Source of the DNA: Octopus bimaculoides
Lineage: Eukaryota
Assembly: GCF_001194135.2 (NCBI RefSeq)
Contig: NC_068996.1
Span: forward strand, 48,750,771-48,794,719
Length of the DNA stretch: 43,949 nt
Direction of reading: 5' to 3'
Shown here: positions 22,655 to 34,608 of the stretch, piece by piece
How positions within the stretch are numbered: the stretch's first letter is position 1
Layout of the letters: every line of letters starts with the position of its first letter
The notes under the pieces: generated by a model
Databases searched by the model: none
What the model saw: the letters and a program-made list of their open reading frames with translations, nothing else
Told to the model about the DNA's origin: nothing
Program-made: the position numbers and the translations under genes

Positions 22655-24085
22655 GATTCTAGCCATGATCTTGTGGGTCCCTAAACCATAACAGGTATTT
22701 TGTCACATGTGGACATGATCCAAAGAGTTTAGTTCTTGAATTTAGACATGTAGAGTGGTCCAAGGAACTTTTGCAGAAGAGCCATCTTTCCATATTACAA
22801 AGACCGCACTTGCCACAATTGTTGGTATAAGGTTTATACTTGGCTAAGATCTTCCAGTAAATCCTATAGCTGACACCTTGTTCTTTTAAGAACCATATAT
22901 AACTGGATAATTTAGTAGTTTTTCATTTATTCCAGTGTCTGAAGCTTAAGGTGTGATTGTTGAACCTTACTTTGAAATTTCCCTCTGTGAGAGACCCACA
23001 TATCTCTTGGATGAATCTGTGTTATTAGCATTCATAGAATTTATGATGGCTTCATAAATAATGTCTTCGGTCATACAGGCTCCATTTAGCGGACACAAGT
23101 CTTTATCCCTGCAGGAACAGCTGGCTCCGTGTTACTGTTTTGCATTGTGTGTAATTATGTTTTTAAAGTTTGGGGTTGAACTAAAACTAATTTTTAGGTT
23201 TTTCCTATTAAAGAGTTTCCTATATTTATGATGCATTGGAAAATGTCTATCTATAAACGACAAGAAATATTTACCTTTATTAAGGGTCACTTCAGGGGAG
23301 TAAGGGGTGTGTGAACCAGATAATTTTCCTGTGTCTATGTTTTCTTTTCTTTATTTCTGGCCTAACAGTAAGTGTGTAGTCTATTTCCTCTTTAAATCCA
23401 CTAGCTTTAAGGGCATTGTTATATATTGGGACAGCATTATTAAATATGTTTATAATGGAGGAGGGGCTAGAAATTCTACAAATATTAACTAAATTCTTAA
23501 ACACTATGAGGGTGGGGGTTACAGGAACCTACATTAATGTAATTGAGTCTATCGTTGGGCTTTCTATAGGGTTAGTAAATATTCTTTTGTAAATCTAAAG
23601 ATACATCAAGGAAATTGACAACCGTCAAGTCAGCATCTATTGTTATGCTAATATCGAATGTTTTCATAAGATGGATATTATCCTTCCCAAACTGATCTTG
23701 CGCTGGTCCATTGATATTCATAGTTAAAGCCAGAGCATCATCCTTATAAATAGTGAAATATACACCAGGAAAAGCTTTCCCTAACGTGTCAAGCAGGAAT
23801 AGCCCAATGAGATCGCATATGCCTGTTCCATCATATGACCCCATGCTCACATCAAAAGAACCCTCTGAGTCTGCTGTCTTGACCCACTTTGCGTTCTCAT
23901 TGAAGTGTAAGGTCTTTCTAGCAGGGAAGATTGTATCCTTATCTTGTTCACTAATCTCTGTAAAATCGCTTGCGAAAGTGAGGGCTTTATCTAGAAGTTT
24001 TCTAGAAATAGATGCATAGAAATCTACAATATTAGATTGTGTAAATTTTGCTTTATTCTTATTTCTAATTGTTTTAAACCAGTCA
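22655..24085 (-). mobile_element. Penelope-like element (RT + GIY-YIG), decayed
   Basis: NIVDFYASIS, MGSYDGTGICDLIG, YKDDAL, VNFLDVSLDL, then RKIIWF, IDRHFP..KYRKLFNR, CSC..KDLCPLNGAC, IIYEA...RYVG (GIY-YIG). Confidence 0.93.
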
Positions 24086-24365
24086 ACAACTTCTATATAT
24101 GTATGTATATGTGTGTGTTTGTTTGTGTCTCTCCTGATATTAGATAATAGTTGTAAAATGATTGACACTGCCATACAAACAATGTCATTTATTTCCAATA
24201 TTCTGTGGAAACAGGTCTAGTTATAGGGGAATATTACCTTGCTTCGAATCAAGTTGAAAGTTGGCACCACGAAGGGCATCTGACCTAGAAATCTGCCACA
24301 ACCTCCATCTGACGCATGCAAGTATGGAAAAGTGGACATTAAAATAATGATGATAATGATGATGC
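24085..24365 (+). mobile_element. SINE family B 3' part (RTE-type (GAT)n tail)
   Basis: Matches the 3' half of the copy at 27105-27548; ends ggaaaagtggacattaaaat-(gat)n. Confidence 0.7.
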
Positions 24366-24390
24366 TGACATTGTCCCTAGCAGCATTACA

Positions 24391-24620
24391 TGATCCCTTT
24401 TGCATTCACAGATTATTCTGTCAAATGCAATGCTTATCTATTAACATTGTTTTGAATTAATCGTACATTATCTTGTAGCTTTGAGATTTCAATGATCTGA
24501 CTGTTTGTTCTTAGTTTAACATTGCAAGGTAGGTGTGAGAGGCCAGATCTCGACAGTCTGAACATAAAACAGGTAGAATATTTGAGCCAGATATGGCCAG
24601 TTTAAATGCTAAAGGGCTAA
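24391..24620. mobile_element. piggyBac-type MITE family 1 (reverse orientation)
   Basis: cccttttgcatt ... aatgctaaaggg ends; internal sequence shared with 25167, 32858, 33081, 40295 and 40529. Confidence 0.8.
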
Positions 24621-24811
24621 ATTGTGACCCCCTACATTAAGAGAGTGTTAACCCTCTCTTAACTATGTCTTTCATGCACCAAGAATCCTTGAGTATTTCA
24701 TCCCCACCATATTGTTCTTAATTTATAATATTACTCTGTGTTTCATTCACTAAAACCATATTTATGAAAGTAACGCAGGAGTGGGCATAAGACTTTCATT
24801 AAATGACAGGA

Positions 24812-25137
24812 TAGAGACCCCCCTTTGGTCATGAATGACCATGGAATTGCACCTAGAGAATTCCCCTCCAAGGCACAAATCTGGGCAAGATTGTTTATGA
24901 AAGACCAGCAGTCAGCCACGCATACAAGCCTTCTCCTTTCCATGCCACTGATGTTATCCAAGGGAAAGATAAAGGCCAATACAGCTTGGCACCAATGACA
25001 TCACAACTCATTTCTACAGCTGAGTGAACTGGAGCAACGTGAAATAAAGTGTCTTGCTCAAGAATATAGCATACAGCCCAGTCTGAGAATTGAACTCACT
25101 ACCTCATGATTGTGAGCCTGACTCTAACCATTGTACC
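24812..25137 (-). mobile_element. CORE-like tRNA SINE (family D)
   Basis: Minus strand has ttgagcaagacactttatttcacgttgctccagttcactcagctgtagaaatgag (CORE-like); recurs at 27.6, 33.5 and 38.9 kb. Confidence 0.78.
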
Positions 25138-25166
25138 ATGTTGGTAGAATAACTCTTCATCATCAT

Positions 25167-25385
25167 TTAATCCTTTAGTATTTAAGCCACCCTTATCTGG
25201 CCTACATATTTTCCCTGTTTATGCTCAAGCTAGCCAGATCTGGCCTCTTACACCTACCCTACAATATCATTTCTAAAGTAAAGAGTCACATCATTGAAAT
25301 CATAAAGCTACAAGACCATGCATGAGTAATTCAAAATAATGTAAATATTACATTTGATAGAGTAATCTGAATGTTAAAAGGTTAA
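25167..25385. mobile_element. piggyBac-type MITE family 1 inserted in an RTE 3' terminus
   Basis: catcatcat[TTAA tcctttagtatt...aatgttaaaagg TTAA]cgtctgtttttcatg. Confidence 0.85.
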
Positions 25386-25514
25386 CGTCTGTTTTTCATG
25401 TTGGCATGGGTTGGACAGTTTGACAGGAACCAGCAAAGGGCCAGGAACCACACTAGGCTCCATTCTCTGTTTTGGCATGGTTTCTACAGCTGGATGCCCC
25501 AGGCAAGTAATAAG

Positions 25515-26090
25515 TTCAAAACGGAAGCCAAGTGCCATTATTGAATTCTTGATGAATAAGGGCTGCAAACTGCCCCATGTCTCTCGTCCACAGTAAGCTA
25601 CAGGTTGCTGTTGAGGAGATAACACCTTTAACAAAAGCAATGTGCACAGATGGATGAAAAAGATGGAAAAAGGGAAACCAGCTTTGAAGACAAATCACAC
25701 AGTGGAAAACTATCAACTGTGTCCACTGACTTTCACTGATGGGTGAATGAAGTGGATCATGCGGACTGGCAAGTCACAGTCTGTGAGCTTGATTCACAAC
25801 TAGAGTATGGTTACAATGCATTACAAAAGATGGTGAAAGAATTTGGATATTAGAAATTATGTGCAAAATGAGTTCTTTGGCAGCTGACATCTGTTTTGAG
25901 GAGAGAAAAATAGAAGGTTCCTTTGATCTGCTGAAAGTGTTTGTTGCCAATGAAAACATGTTTTTTTTTTTTTTACTCCAACATAGTGCAAAGGAAATGA
26001 AGCATGGGTAATTCTTTATGATCTGCAAATGAAGATTCAGGCCATGGAATGGTGCCACACTATGTCACCAAGAGCCAGCAATCAACACAG
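25515..26090 (+). mobile_element. Mariner transposase relic
   Basis: AIIEFLMNKGCK, NKSNVHRWMKK and frameshifted remnants of LEDKxxSG, KLCAKWV.xQLT and MEWCH..SP. Confidence 0.82.
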
Positions 26091-26343
26091 AAAGGTGCTC
26101 TAACCACCTGTCCAGTTGAACTGTCCCCAGTCTTCAAAGACAATGATTTGATGACATAGACGGTTGAAGGTCATGAATAAGTTGAGTCCTGCAGTGCACA
26201 CCTGAATATTTTCAAAAAGAATTCAGGTGTTGGATTTATTAATGGAACAAATGCATCATTTGTGATGCAGATTATGTTGGATAGTGGCACTTATGAATAG
26301 AGGAAGAGGTATTCTACTAACATGTGCAATTTGAAAGATCTGT

Positions 26344-26875
26344 CATCATCATCATCATCATCATTGTTTAACGTCCGCTTTCCATGCTAGCATGGGTTGG
26401 ACGATTTGACTGAGGACTGGTGAAACCAGATGGCAACACCAGGCTCCAATCTGATTTGGCAGAATTTTTACAGCTGGATGCCCTTCCTAACGCCAACCAC
26501 TCCGAGAGTGTAGTGGGTGCTTTTATGTGTCACCAGCACGAAGGCCAGTCAGGCGGTACTGGCAATGACCATGCTCAAAATGGTGTATTTTATGTGCCAC
26601 CCACACAAGAGCCAGTCCAGGGGCACTGGCAACGATCTCGCTTGAAAATCCTACGAAGGCCAGTCAGGCGGTACTGGCAACGGCCACGCTCAAAATGGTG
26701 CATCTTATGTGCCACCCGCACAAGAGACAGTCCAGGGGCATATTTCCAAAGGTCTCAGTCACCTTTGGAAATGTGCTGTGCGTGAGAAGACCCGGCAAGC
26801 CAAGTGAGATCGTTGCCAGTGCCCCTGGACTGGCGCTTGTGCGGGTGGCACATAAGATGCACCATTTTGAACGTG
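26344..26875 (-). mobile_element. RTE 3' end with a fold-back inverted duplication at its 5' end
   Basis: (cat)n signature at 26344; arms 26685-26753 and 26761-26875 are inverted. Confidence 0.85.
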
Positions 26876-27104
26876 AACCTTTGTGTGTATGCATGTGTCT
26901 AGATGGATGGATGGGTAGGTAGGTAGTTAGGCAGGCAGGCAGGCAGATAAATAGATCAATAGACAGACAGACAGATAGGTAGGTAGTTAGGTAGATAGGT
27001 AGGTAGGTAAGTATGTAGGCAGGCAGATAAATAGATCAATAGACAGACAGATAGATAGATAGATAGATAAGTATGTAGGCAGGCAGATAGATATATACAT
27101 GAAT

Positions 27105-27548
27105 GTATGGTTAAGAAATTCACTTCCCAACAACATGGTTATGGGTTCAGTCCTGCTGCATGGAATCTTGGACAAGTACCTTCTACTATTGCTCCAGGTC
27201 AACCAAAACCTTGTGAGTGGATTTAATTAACAGAAACTGAAAGAAGCCTGTCATATATGTGTGCAAGTGTGTGTGTATACATGCATGCATGTGAGCGTGT
27301 TAGCATCTCCTTGCCTTGAAATCATATGGTAGCTGTAAATAAGTGTTATTGTTATGCAAGTGGTATCCTTCATTTCCAATCTTCTATGAAAACTAGTCTG
27401 GCTGTGAGGAAATATTGCATTGCTTGGAAACAGGTGAGAGATTGGTAACAGGAAGGGTATCTAGCTGTAAAATATCTTCCTATAAACTCCGTCCAATCCA
27501 TGCAATCAGGGAAAAGTGGACATTAAAACATCAAAACAATGATGATAA
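27105..27548 (+). mobile_element. SINE family B: family A head with an RTE-like tail
   Basis: Head identical in type to family A, but 3' end is ggaagggtatc...gggaaaagtggacattaaaac...(gat)n. Confidence 0.75.
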
Positions 27549-27554
27549 TAATAT

Positions 27555-27893
27555 AAGGACCCCTGTCGGTCATGAATGACCGTGGGATTGCACCTAGAAA
27601 GTTCCCTACCTAGGCACAAGTCTGGCCAAGGTTGTTTATGGAGGACCAGTAGTTATTTATGCATACCAGTCTTCCCTCTCCACACCACTGATGTTATCCG
27701 AGGGAAAGGCAAAGGGGCTGATACAGCATGGCACCTGTGATGTCACAACTCATTTCTACAGCTGAGTGAACTGGAGCAATGTGAAATAAAGTGTCTTACT
27801 CAAGAACACAACACACAGCCTGGTCTGGGAATCGAACTCACTACCTCATGATTGTGAGGTCAATGCTCTAACCACTGAGCTATGCGCTTTCAC
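27555..27893 (-). mobile_element. CORE-like tRNA SINE (family D), full length
   Basis: Homologous to 24812-25137; tRNA-like head at the right end. Confidence 0.8.
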
Positions 27894-27907
27894 CATATGT
27901 ATATATA

Positions 27908-28825
27908 TATATGAGGAGATACCCAAAAGAAACCAGAATTTTGCAATATTATTTTATTCACTTAGTTTTACACATTTACACTTTTATCGTCTTCAAAGTA
28001 TCATCCATTTGAAGCAATACATCAGTCCAGATGCGTTTTCCACTGTTTGAAGCAGTCCCAGAACTCTTGTGAAGTGATTCCTTTTAACACCTCCATTGTT
28101 TTTTTTTCTTCACCTCTTCCATGTCTACAAATTCCGTAGTACCAGCTTTTGTCAGCAGTGATTACCTTTGAAAAAAAATGTCTGGATCAATTTCCAACTG
28201 TTCTTTCAGTTCACAACATACATTCAGTCATGACTGCTTTTGATCTTCCATGAGTAAGTGAGGCACAAATTTTGCTGCAACTTTTTTTCATTTTCAATTC
28301 CTCGCTCAAAATTCGTTGGCTGGTGCTCCAGGAAACAAAAGTCATATCGATAAATTTGTCAATTGTTTGGTGATGGTCCTCCATGATCAGTTTGTGAATT
28401 TTCCTGATGTTTTCATTCGTTTGGGAGGTCAATGGTCACCCTAAACAAGGTTGGTCTTCAAGCAACAAGTGACCATTCCTAAAGCATGAAAACCTCTTGT
28501 AAACTTACGTTTTGCTCATGGTAGTGTCCTTGTAAACTGTTTGAAACGTGACAACTGTTTCGGCTGTCGTTTTCCCCAGCATAAAACAGATTTTCATGGT
28601 AGCATGCTGTTCCTTCATTTCAGTCATTGCAAAATTGATGAACAGCGAAGCACTACAAAACAAAGATCCACCATGTGGCAGTATGATTCCACCTGATGCC
28701 ACTGGTTGGCAGACTGATGCCTAAGGATCACATTAAGTGGATTCTAGTGGTGGAAGCCTGAACTACAATGGTCTTGTCCCACAGAGAACATTTTTGGTTA
28801 CTCTTGGGTACTTCCTTAACATCAG
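27908..28825 (-). mobile_element. Internally deleted mariner element with diverged TIRs
   Basis: MKEQHATMKICFMLGKTTAETV..., LLEDQPCLG, ILSEELKMKKVAAKFVPHLL; ends gaggagatacccaaaagaaacc and ggttactcttgggtacttcctt. Confidence 0.85.
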
Positions 28826-28829
28826 CAAA

Positions 28830-29122
28830 ATCAAAACCAAATCAAATGTAAATTGTAGTTGTGAGTCTTGTGCCGGTAGCACATAAAAAGCACCATCCGA
28901 ACGTGGCTGATGCCAGCTCCTCTGCTCCCTATGCCAGTGGCACATAAAAAGCACCCACTACACTCTCAGAGTGGTTGGCATTAGGAAGGGCATCCAGCTG
29001 TAGAAACACTGCCAGATTAGATCGGGGCCTGGTGCAGCCTCCTCGCTTCCCAGACCCCAGTCGAACCATCCAACCCATGCCAGCATGGAAAGTGGACGTT
29101 AAACGATGATGATGATGATGAT
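28830..29122 (+). mobile_element. RTE LINE 3' end
   Basis: Ends catggaaagtggacgttaaac-(gat)n. Confidence 0.82.
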
Positions 29123-29123
29123 A

Positions 29124-29154
<31 letters not shown>

Positions 29155-29653
29155 CACACACTAATGTTGAACAGTGAGAATGGGTGCTGTATACCACATT
29201 GATAAATAAATATTCTTTATTTGTGAATTAACAAGGCTCCCAATAGTTTCATGTACCGAGTAATCTTCTATAGATTATCAAGTCTCCCATGATCTGTATA
29301 TTTATTTATCCTCAAATCCCATGCTGTCATGTGTAACTTTGTGTATTCTCATCCAAATGGAGATGAGTACCAATGTTCTCATGTTGAGATTCCTCTTTAT
29401 GTGAATCTATTAATGGCTTTGTTAATCCCAAATAAAGTGTATACATACATTAATGATTTTACTGCTAACCCTAAGAAGTTGGTTATGATTGAGCAGATAG
29501 ATCTATAATCAAAAAGTATTGATTCTTTTTAACCTATCAAAAGTACTGTTGAATTCACATATCCGATATACAGTAAAATTGGTGCAGTTCACAACTATAG
29601 ACAAGCAGAGCGCTGTTATGTTATAACTGCTCCCGCTGCCTATAATACAATAT

Positions 29654-29887
29654 AAGGTGGAAAGCTAGTAGAATCTTAACCATGCTGAGTAAAATGCTTA
29701 GTGCAATTTTGTCCATCTTTATGTCCCAAGTTCAAATTACACCTAGGACAACTTTGCCTTTCATTTTTTTTGGGGGGGTGGGGTGATCGATAAAATAAGT
29801 ACCAGTTGAGGACTGAGGACTGGGGGTTGATGTAATCAAATAAGCCCCACCCCTGGAATTGCTGGCCTTGTGCCAAATTCTGAAACT
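29654..29887 (+). mobile_element. SINE family C
   Basis: ttcaaatt...actttgcctttcat...gatcgataaaataagtaccagttg. Confidence 0.72.
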
Positions 29888-30205
29888 AACATCATATCAA
29901 GAAAGCTGTTTTGTGTCAAATTCTATGGTTCTCTATTAAGAAACATGATTCCACCCCAGTGTAATTTCTTGTTACCGGAAGTTATTTCTCATTTTTATTT
30001 TTTATGTTCTTTAATTTGTTTTAGCTGTTATTACCAAGGCCATGCTGGAGCACCACATTCCTATATGTTTTCATTTAAGTTTTCTTTTTCTTTTGTTTTA
30101 TATCCACGTGGAAGATCCCCACTTGATTCTCTATGTTTATAATATACATTTAATTACGTACATAACAAAAATTTTGTTCTTTTATTTTTTTCGTCTTCTG
30201 AACAG

Positions 30206-30328
30206 ATAATACTGTGGGGCCGCCACGTAGAGTCACTCTCCCAGACCAGTACAGAAGTGTGTGCACTGGGAACCCCTTGTGTTTACATGCAATGTGATGT
30301 CAGCATCAAAGAAGATATCAACAAACAG
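30206..30328 (+). CDS. SDR16C-family dehydrogenase/reductase, coding exon 2 (not in ORF track)
   Basis: Pyrimidine tract plus aacag acceptor; IILWGRHVESLSQTSTEVCALGTPCVYMQCDVSIKEDINKQ (41 aa, cf. DHRS3 IVLWGRTEKCL...CDV); donor gtattc; phase 0 at both ends. Confidence 0.92.
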
Positions 30329-30642
30329 GTATTCTTTCATTCTGTCGTTCTTTTATTCTTTTACTGCTTTCAATTATTGGTCTGCTGATATGGTGATGAT
30401 CCGCATTCGAAGATTTTAATCAGTTATATCAACATCAGCACTTTTCCTTGTACATATGTTACCGTCTTCATGAGGGAAAAGTGGTAAATCAACCTTGGCA
30501 TAAAGGGATAATTAAAATGTTTTTTTGTTTTTGTTCCTCTCACTCACATTCATACATATCTGATGACCTCCCTAAACAATTTTGTCTACAAAATTTTACT
30601 TGTAACATTTTGATTGACCCAGAACTATAGAACTTAAACAAG

Positions 30643-30679
<37 letters not shown>

Positions 30680-30764
30680 CCTATCAATAATGGTTTGATA
30701 AGTGCCAATGCAGAAACCTCTCAGCCCTTGAATCACCCTGTAACTTCTGCCGATTATTAATAAA

Positions 30765-30798
<34 letters not shown>

Positions 30799-31414
30799 AT
30801 TCCACAGCATGTCTTTCCCCTTTCACTCACTGTACATGCATATTCAAGGTGTTTGAGCTAAATTTGACAGTTTGCCTAAAAGGAAAAAAAAAACACAATA
30901 CCCCATCCCAAATAAAAGTATTTAAAGTTTTTCATTAACATTGTCAATGTTTTAACATTACACAAGTTGGACAATTTGTTGAGGCAGATTTTCTACACCC
31001 TGAAGCCCTTTCTTTCACCAATCCTCACCTGTTTCCAAGTAAAGGTAATATTTCTTCAAGATCAGACAGTTTTTCTCAAAAGATTGGAACAACTATCATG
31101 CAATGCCAAGGCAAGAACATGCACACAATCACACATGCGTGCACACACGCACACACACACACACACATACACACAATCACGCACACACACACACACACAC
31201 ACATACACATACTCACACATGCACACACACACACTCACACACACACACACAATCACACATGCATGCATGCACACGCACATGTTTCAATGATGCATGGTGA
31301 TTCTTGTATTGGTGGTGCTGCCCCCAAATTTCAAAGCAGGGTTTATCAAAAGTTTTCCAATAAGATTTGCGATTAAATCAATTAGTAAGATTAATATTTA
31401 TAACGAATTTGACA

Positions 31415-31652
31415 TTTTCGATGGTTGCGCAACACACACCTTGTGCATGTGGCAGACACTGGTGTCATGCAAATGGCACCCATGCCGGTGGCACATAAAA
31501 ACAACCATTACACTTTTGGAGTCATTGGCATTAGGAAGGGCATCCAGCCGTAGGAACCATGCCAAATCAGACTGGAGTCTGGTGCAGTTCCCCAGACCCT
31601 CCAACCCATGCCTGCAAGGAAAACAGACGTTAAATGATGATGATGATGATGA
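31415..31652 (+). mobile_element. RTE LINE 3' end
   Basis: ggcattaggaagggcatccagc...cagacgttaaat-(gat)n. Confidence 0.78.
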
Positions 31653-31679
31653 TATGTTTATTTATGTATAGAATGGACT

Positions 31680-31835
31680 TCTTTCAATTTCTGTTTACTA
31701 AATCTGCTCACAAGGCTTTGATTGGCCCAGGGCTATAGTAGAAGATACTTGGCCAAGATTCCACAAAGTGGGGTTGAACCCATAACCCTGTGTGGTAGAA
31801 AGCAAACTTTTTACCACCACAACCATCCCTGCACC
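31680..31835 (-). mobile_element. SINE family A head fragment
   Basis: Reverse complement of the family A head. Confidence 0.72.
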
Positions 31836-31944
31836 TATACGGAAAATATATCTAAACAAATTTAGAAGACATAAATTTCCCAACATTTGAGTTACAGCAC
31901 GTGTTTACTTTACAAATTCATGTGTTATCTATCACTAACATATT

Positions 31945-32145
31945 GATTTCAAATTCTGACACAAGGCCAGCAGTATCAAGGGTGGTGGTGGGTAAATCGA
32001 TTTCATTGACCCCAGTGCTCAACTAGTACTTCTTTTATCAACTCTGAAAGAGATGAAAGGCAAAGTTGACCTTGGCAGAGTTTGAACTCAGAATGTAAAA
32101 TTAGTTGAAATGCCACTAAGCGTTTTGTCTGATGTACTAAAACTT
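31945..32145 (-). mobile_element. SINE family C
   Basis: gatgaaaggcaaagttgaccttggcagagtttgaactcagaatgta. Confidence 0.75.
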
Positions 32146-32857
32146 CTGCTACCTTATCTCTCACTAACATATTAATGAAATATTGTTAATATTCTCATTT
32201 AAATATAAATAGATAATTATGGCATTATTGATCAAATTGGTAATCTTGAGCCATAAAAAAATTTCATGCAGTTATCAGGCATGTTGGAAATGAAAGAGTT
32301 AATTACCCAACAACATTGAAAATGTTGATTTACAAAGAAATAACGGCTGTGCTTGAACTGCAGGATCTGAAATCTGTATGGGTTTTGTGGCCAAAATGAA
32401 AAACTACACAATGTCTTCCCATAAAACGCTTCTTAAACAGAATTATTATGTTGGAGTTCTGCCAACTCCGCTTACATACATGTCCTAGTCTGTAACCCCT
32501 TAGCAGTTGTGGTGAAATAAATTCCAAAGGCATAAACTCATTGTTACCAAGATTTAGGAAATATTCATTTAGTCACTCGTCCATATTCTTTGAATATATC
32601 AGTCTTATATTGTTGATTTTCAGCTAGAAATGTGACCAATATATCAGACTGAATGTTTCCTCTCTGCTGTCATAGCTTTATGATAAATGCTCAGAGCTAA
32701 AACGTAAACTGACAAACTGGCAAAAGGTTTAGCCTTTTTAGAGCATCAGATATATCAATTTATAATAAAAGAACTGAGGTTAACAAAGAGGAAATGAGCT
32801 TTCAAAGAAATGATAAAATTTTCATGTTTGTTAGAATTTTGAAACAATTCCAGCATT

Positions 32858-33296
32858 TCTTCTCTTTAGCATTTAAATCAGCCATATCCAGCTTAAATAC
32901 CCTACCTGTTTTGTGTTCAAACAGGCCAGATCTGGCACCTCATACCCACTCTGTTATGTCATTCTAAAAATATACAAAATATACCCCATTCGAATTACAA
33001 AACTAAGAGATAATGCCTGATTAATTCAAAACAATGTCAATAAATATTACATTTGACAGAATAATCTGAATGCTAAAGAGTTGATCTTTTAACATTCAAA
33101 CTAGCCATATCCAGCCCTGTTGAATGTTAAAACCAGCCAGATCCAGCCTCTCACACCTACCCTACATTATTATTCTAATAATAAACAATCACTTCATCAA
33201 GATCTCATAGTTATAAAGATAATGTATAATTAATTCAAAACAATGAGAATAAATAAGAATTACATTTGACAGAATATTTGAATGCTAAAGGGTTAA
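32858..33296. mobile_element. Head-to-tail pair of piggyBac-type MITEs (family 1)
   Basis: Two units of about 220 bp joined at tgctaaagag-ttga-tcttttaacatt (33081-33084); right end aatgctaaaggg-ttaa. Confidence 0.82.
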
Positions 33297-33319
33297 ATTA
33301 TGGCCAAAGTAAAGGGAAT

Positions 33320-33685
33320 AAATTGGCAGAATTATTAGAGTCTTCATGTTCTGAGATCAAATGCCACTGTGTTTGACTTTGCCTTTCATACTTTTGAGAC
33401 CAATAATGTTTAAGTACCAATCGAGGTTAGTAGACTGGCAAGCAGTCATCCATGCATACCAGCCTCCCCTCTCCATGCCACCAGTGTTACCCAAGAGAAA
33501 GGCAAAGGGATCGATACAGTTTGGCACCAGTGATGTCACAACTCATTTCTACAGCTGAGTTAACTGGAGCAATATGAAATAAAGTGTCTTGCTCAAGAAC
33601 ACAACACACAGCCTGGTCTGGGAATTGAACTCATTACCTCATGATTATGAGCCTGATGTTCTAATCACTGAGCCATGCACCTGAA
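33320..33685. mobile_element. SINE family C fragment (+) abutting a CORE-like family D fragment (-)
   Basis: ctttgcctttcat...aagtacc at about 33380-33420, then catttctacagctgagt...cttgctcaagaacac. Confidence 0.72.
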
Positions 33686-33999
33686 ATTAACATTTCCTGT
33701 CTTTTTCTGGGGTCAGCCATTAAAATACCAGAAACGGTAAAACTTTGCTGTATATGCTCTACTGCTTTATGTTCTCAGCTCACGTGTCATGGCACAGGAG
33801 CCGAGCTGCTGCAGTGGCTTTTGGATGTCGTTGGTGGCACAGCAAAGGGAAATTTGCTGCATGGGTTACTGCTGGGATTCTTTGAGAAGAAACGAAATCA
33901 TGCTCAAGCATATATCCTGGAGAGGAACTTCCCTGGTGGAGACACTCGGGAAGTTCCTGACTGAACATCATATAAACAGGTAACGGAATCCTTATTGAG

Positions 34000-34180
34000 T
34001 ACAGTGAATCATAATCATCACCACCACCATCATCACCACCACCATCACCATCATCACCATCATCATCATCATCATCATTATCATCTTCACCATCATCATC
34101 ATCATAATCATCGTCACCATCATCATCATCACCGTCATCATCACCATCATCATCACCATCATCATCATCATCACCATCAC

Positions 34181-34211
<31 letters not shown>

Positions 34212-34235
34212 CCATCATCATTATCATCACCATCA

Positions 34236-34286
<51 letters not shown>

Positions 34287-34560
34287 CACCATTTAACATC
34301 CATTGTCCATGCTGGCATGGGTTGGATGGTTTGACCGGGCTGGTAAACTGGAAGACTGCACCAGACTCTAGTCTGATTTGGCCTGGTTTTCTACGGCTGG
34401 ATGCCCTTCCTAACGCCAGAAGTGTAATGGGAGCCTTTATGTGCCACCAGTATGGGTGCCATTTACATGACACCAGTATCTGCCACGACTGCCATTTTGC
34501 TCAGCTTGATGGGTCTTCTTCTCAAGTACAACATAATGCCAAAGGCCTCAGTCATTGTGA
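34000..34560 (-). mobile_element. RTE 3' end with a (CAT/CAC)n tail of about 280 bp
   Basis: Trinucleotide tract 34010-34290 runs directly into catttaacatccattgtccatgctggcatggg. Confidence 0.85.
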
Positions 34561-34573
34561 CATACATATATAT

Positions 34574-34574
<1 letters not shown>

Positions 34575-34608
<34 letters not shown>

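Noticed and set aside
32340-32480. Short open frame after a ctgcag acceptor-like site in intron 2
   Set aside because: Not SDR-like, and exons 2 and 3 already join without missing residues.
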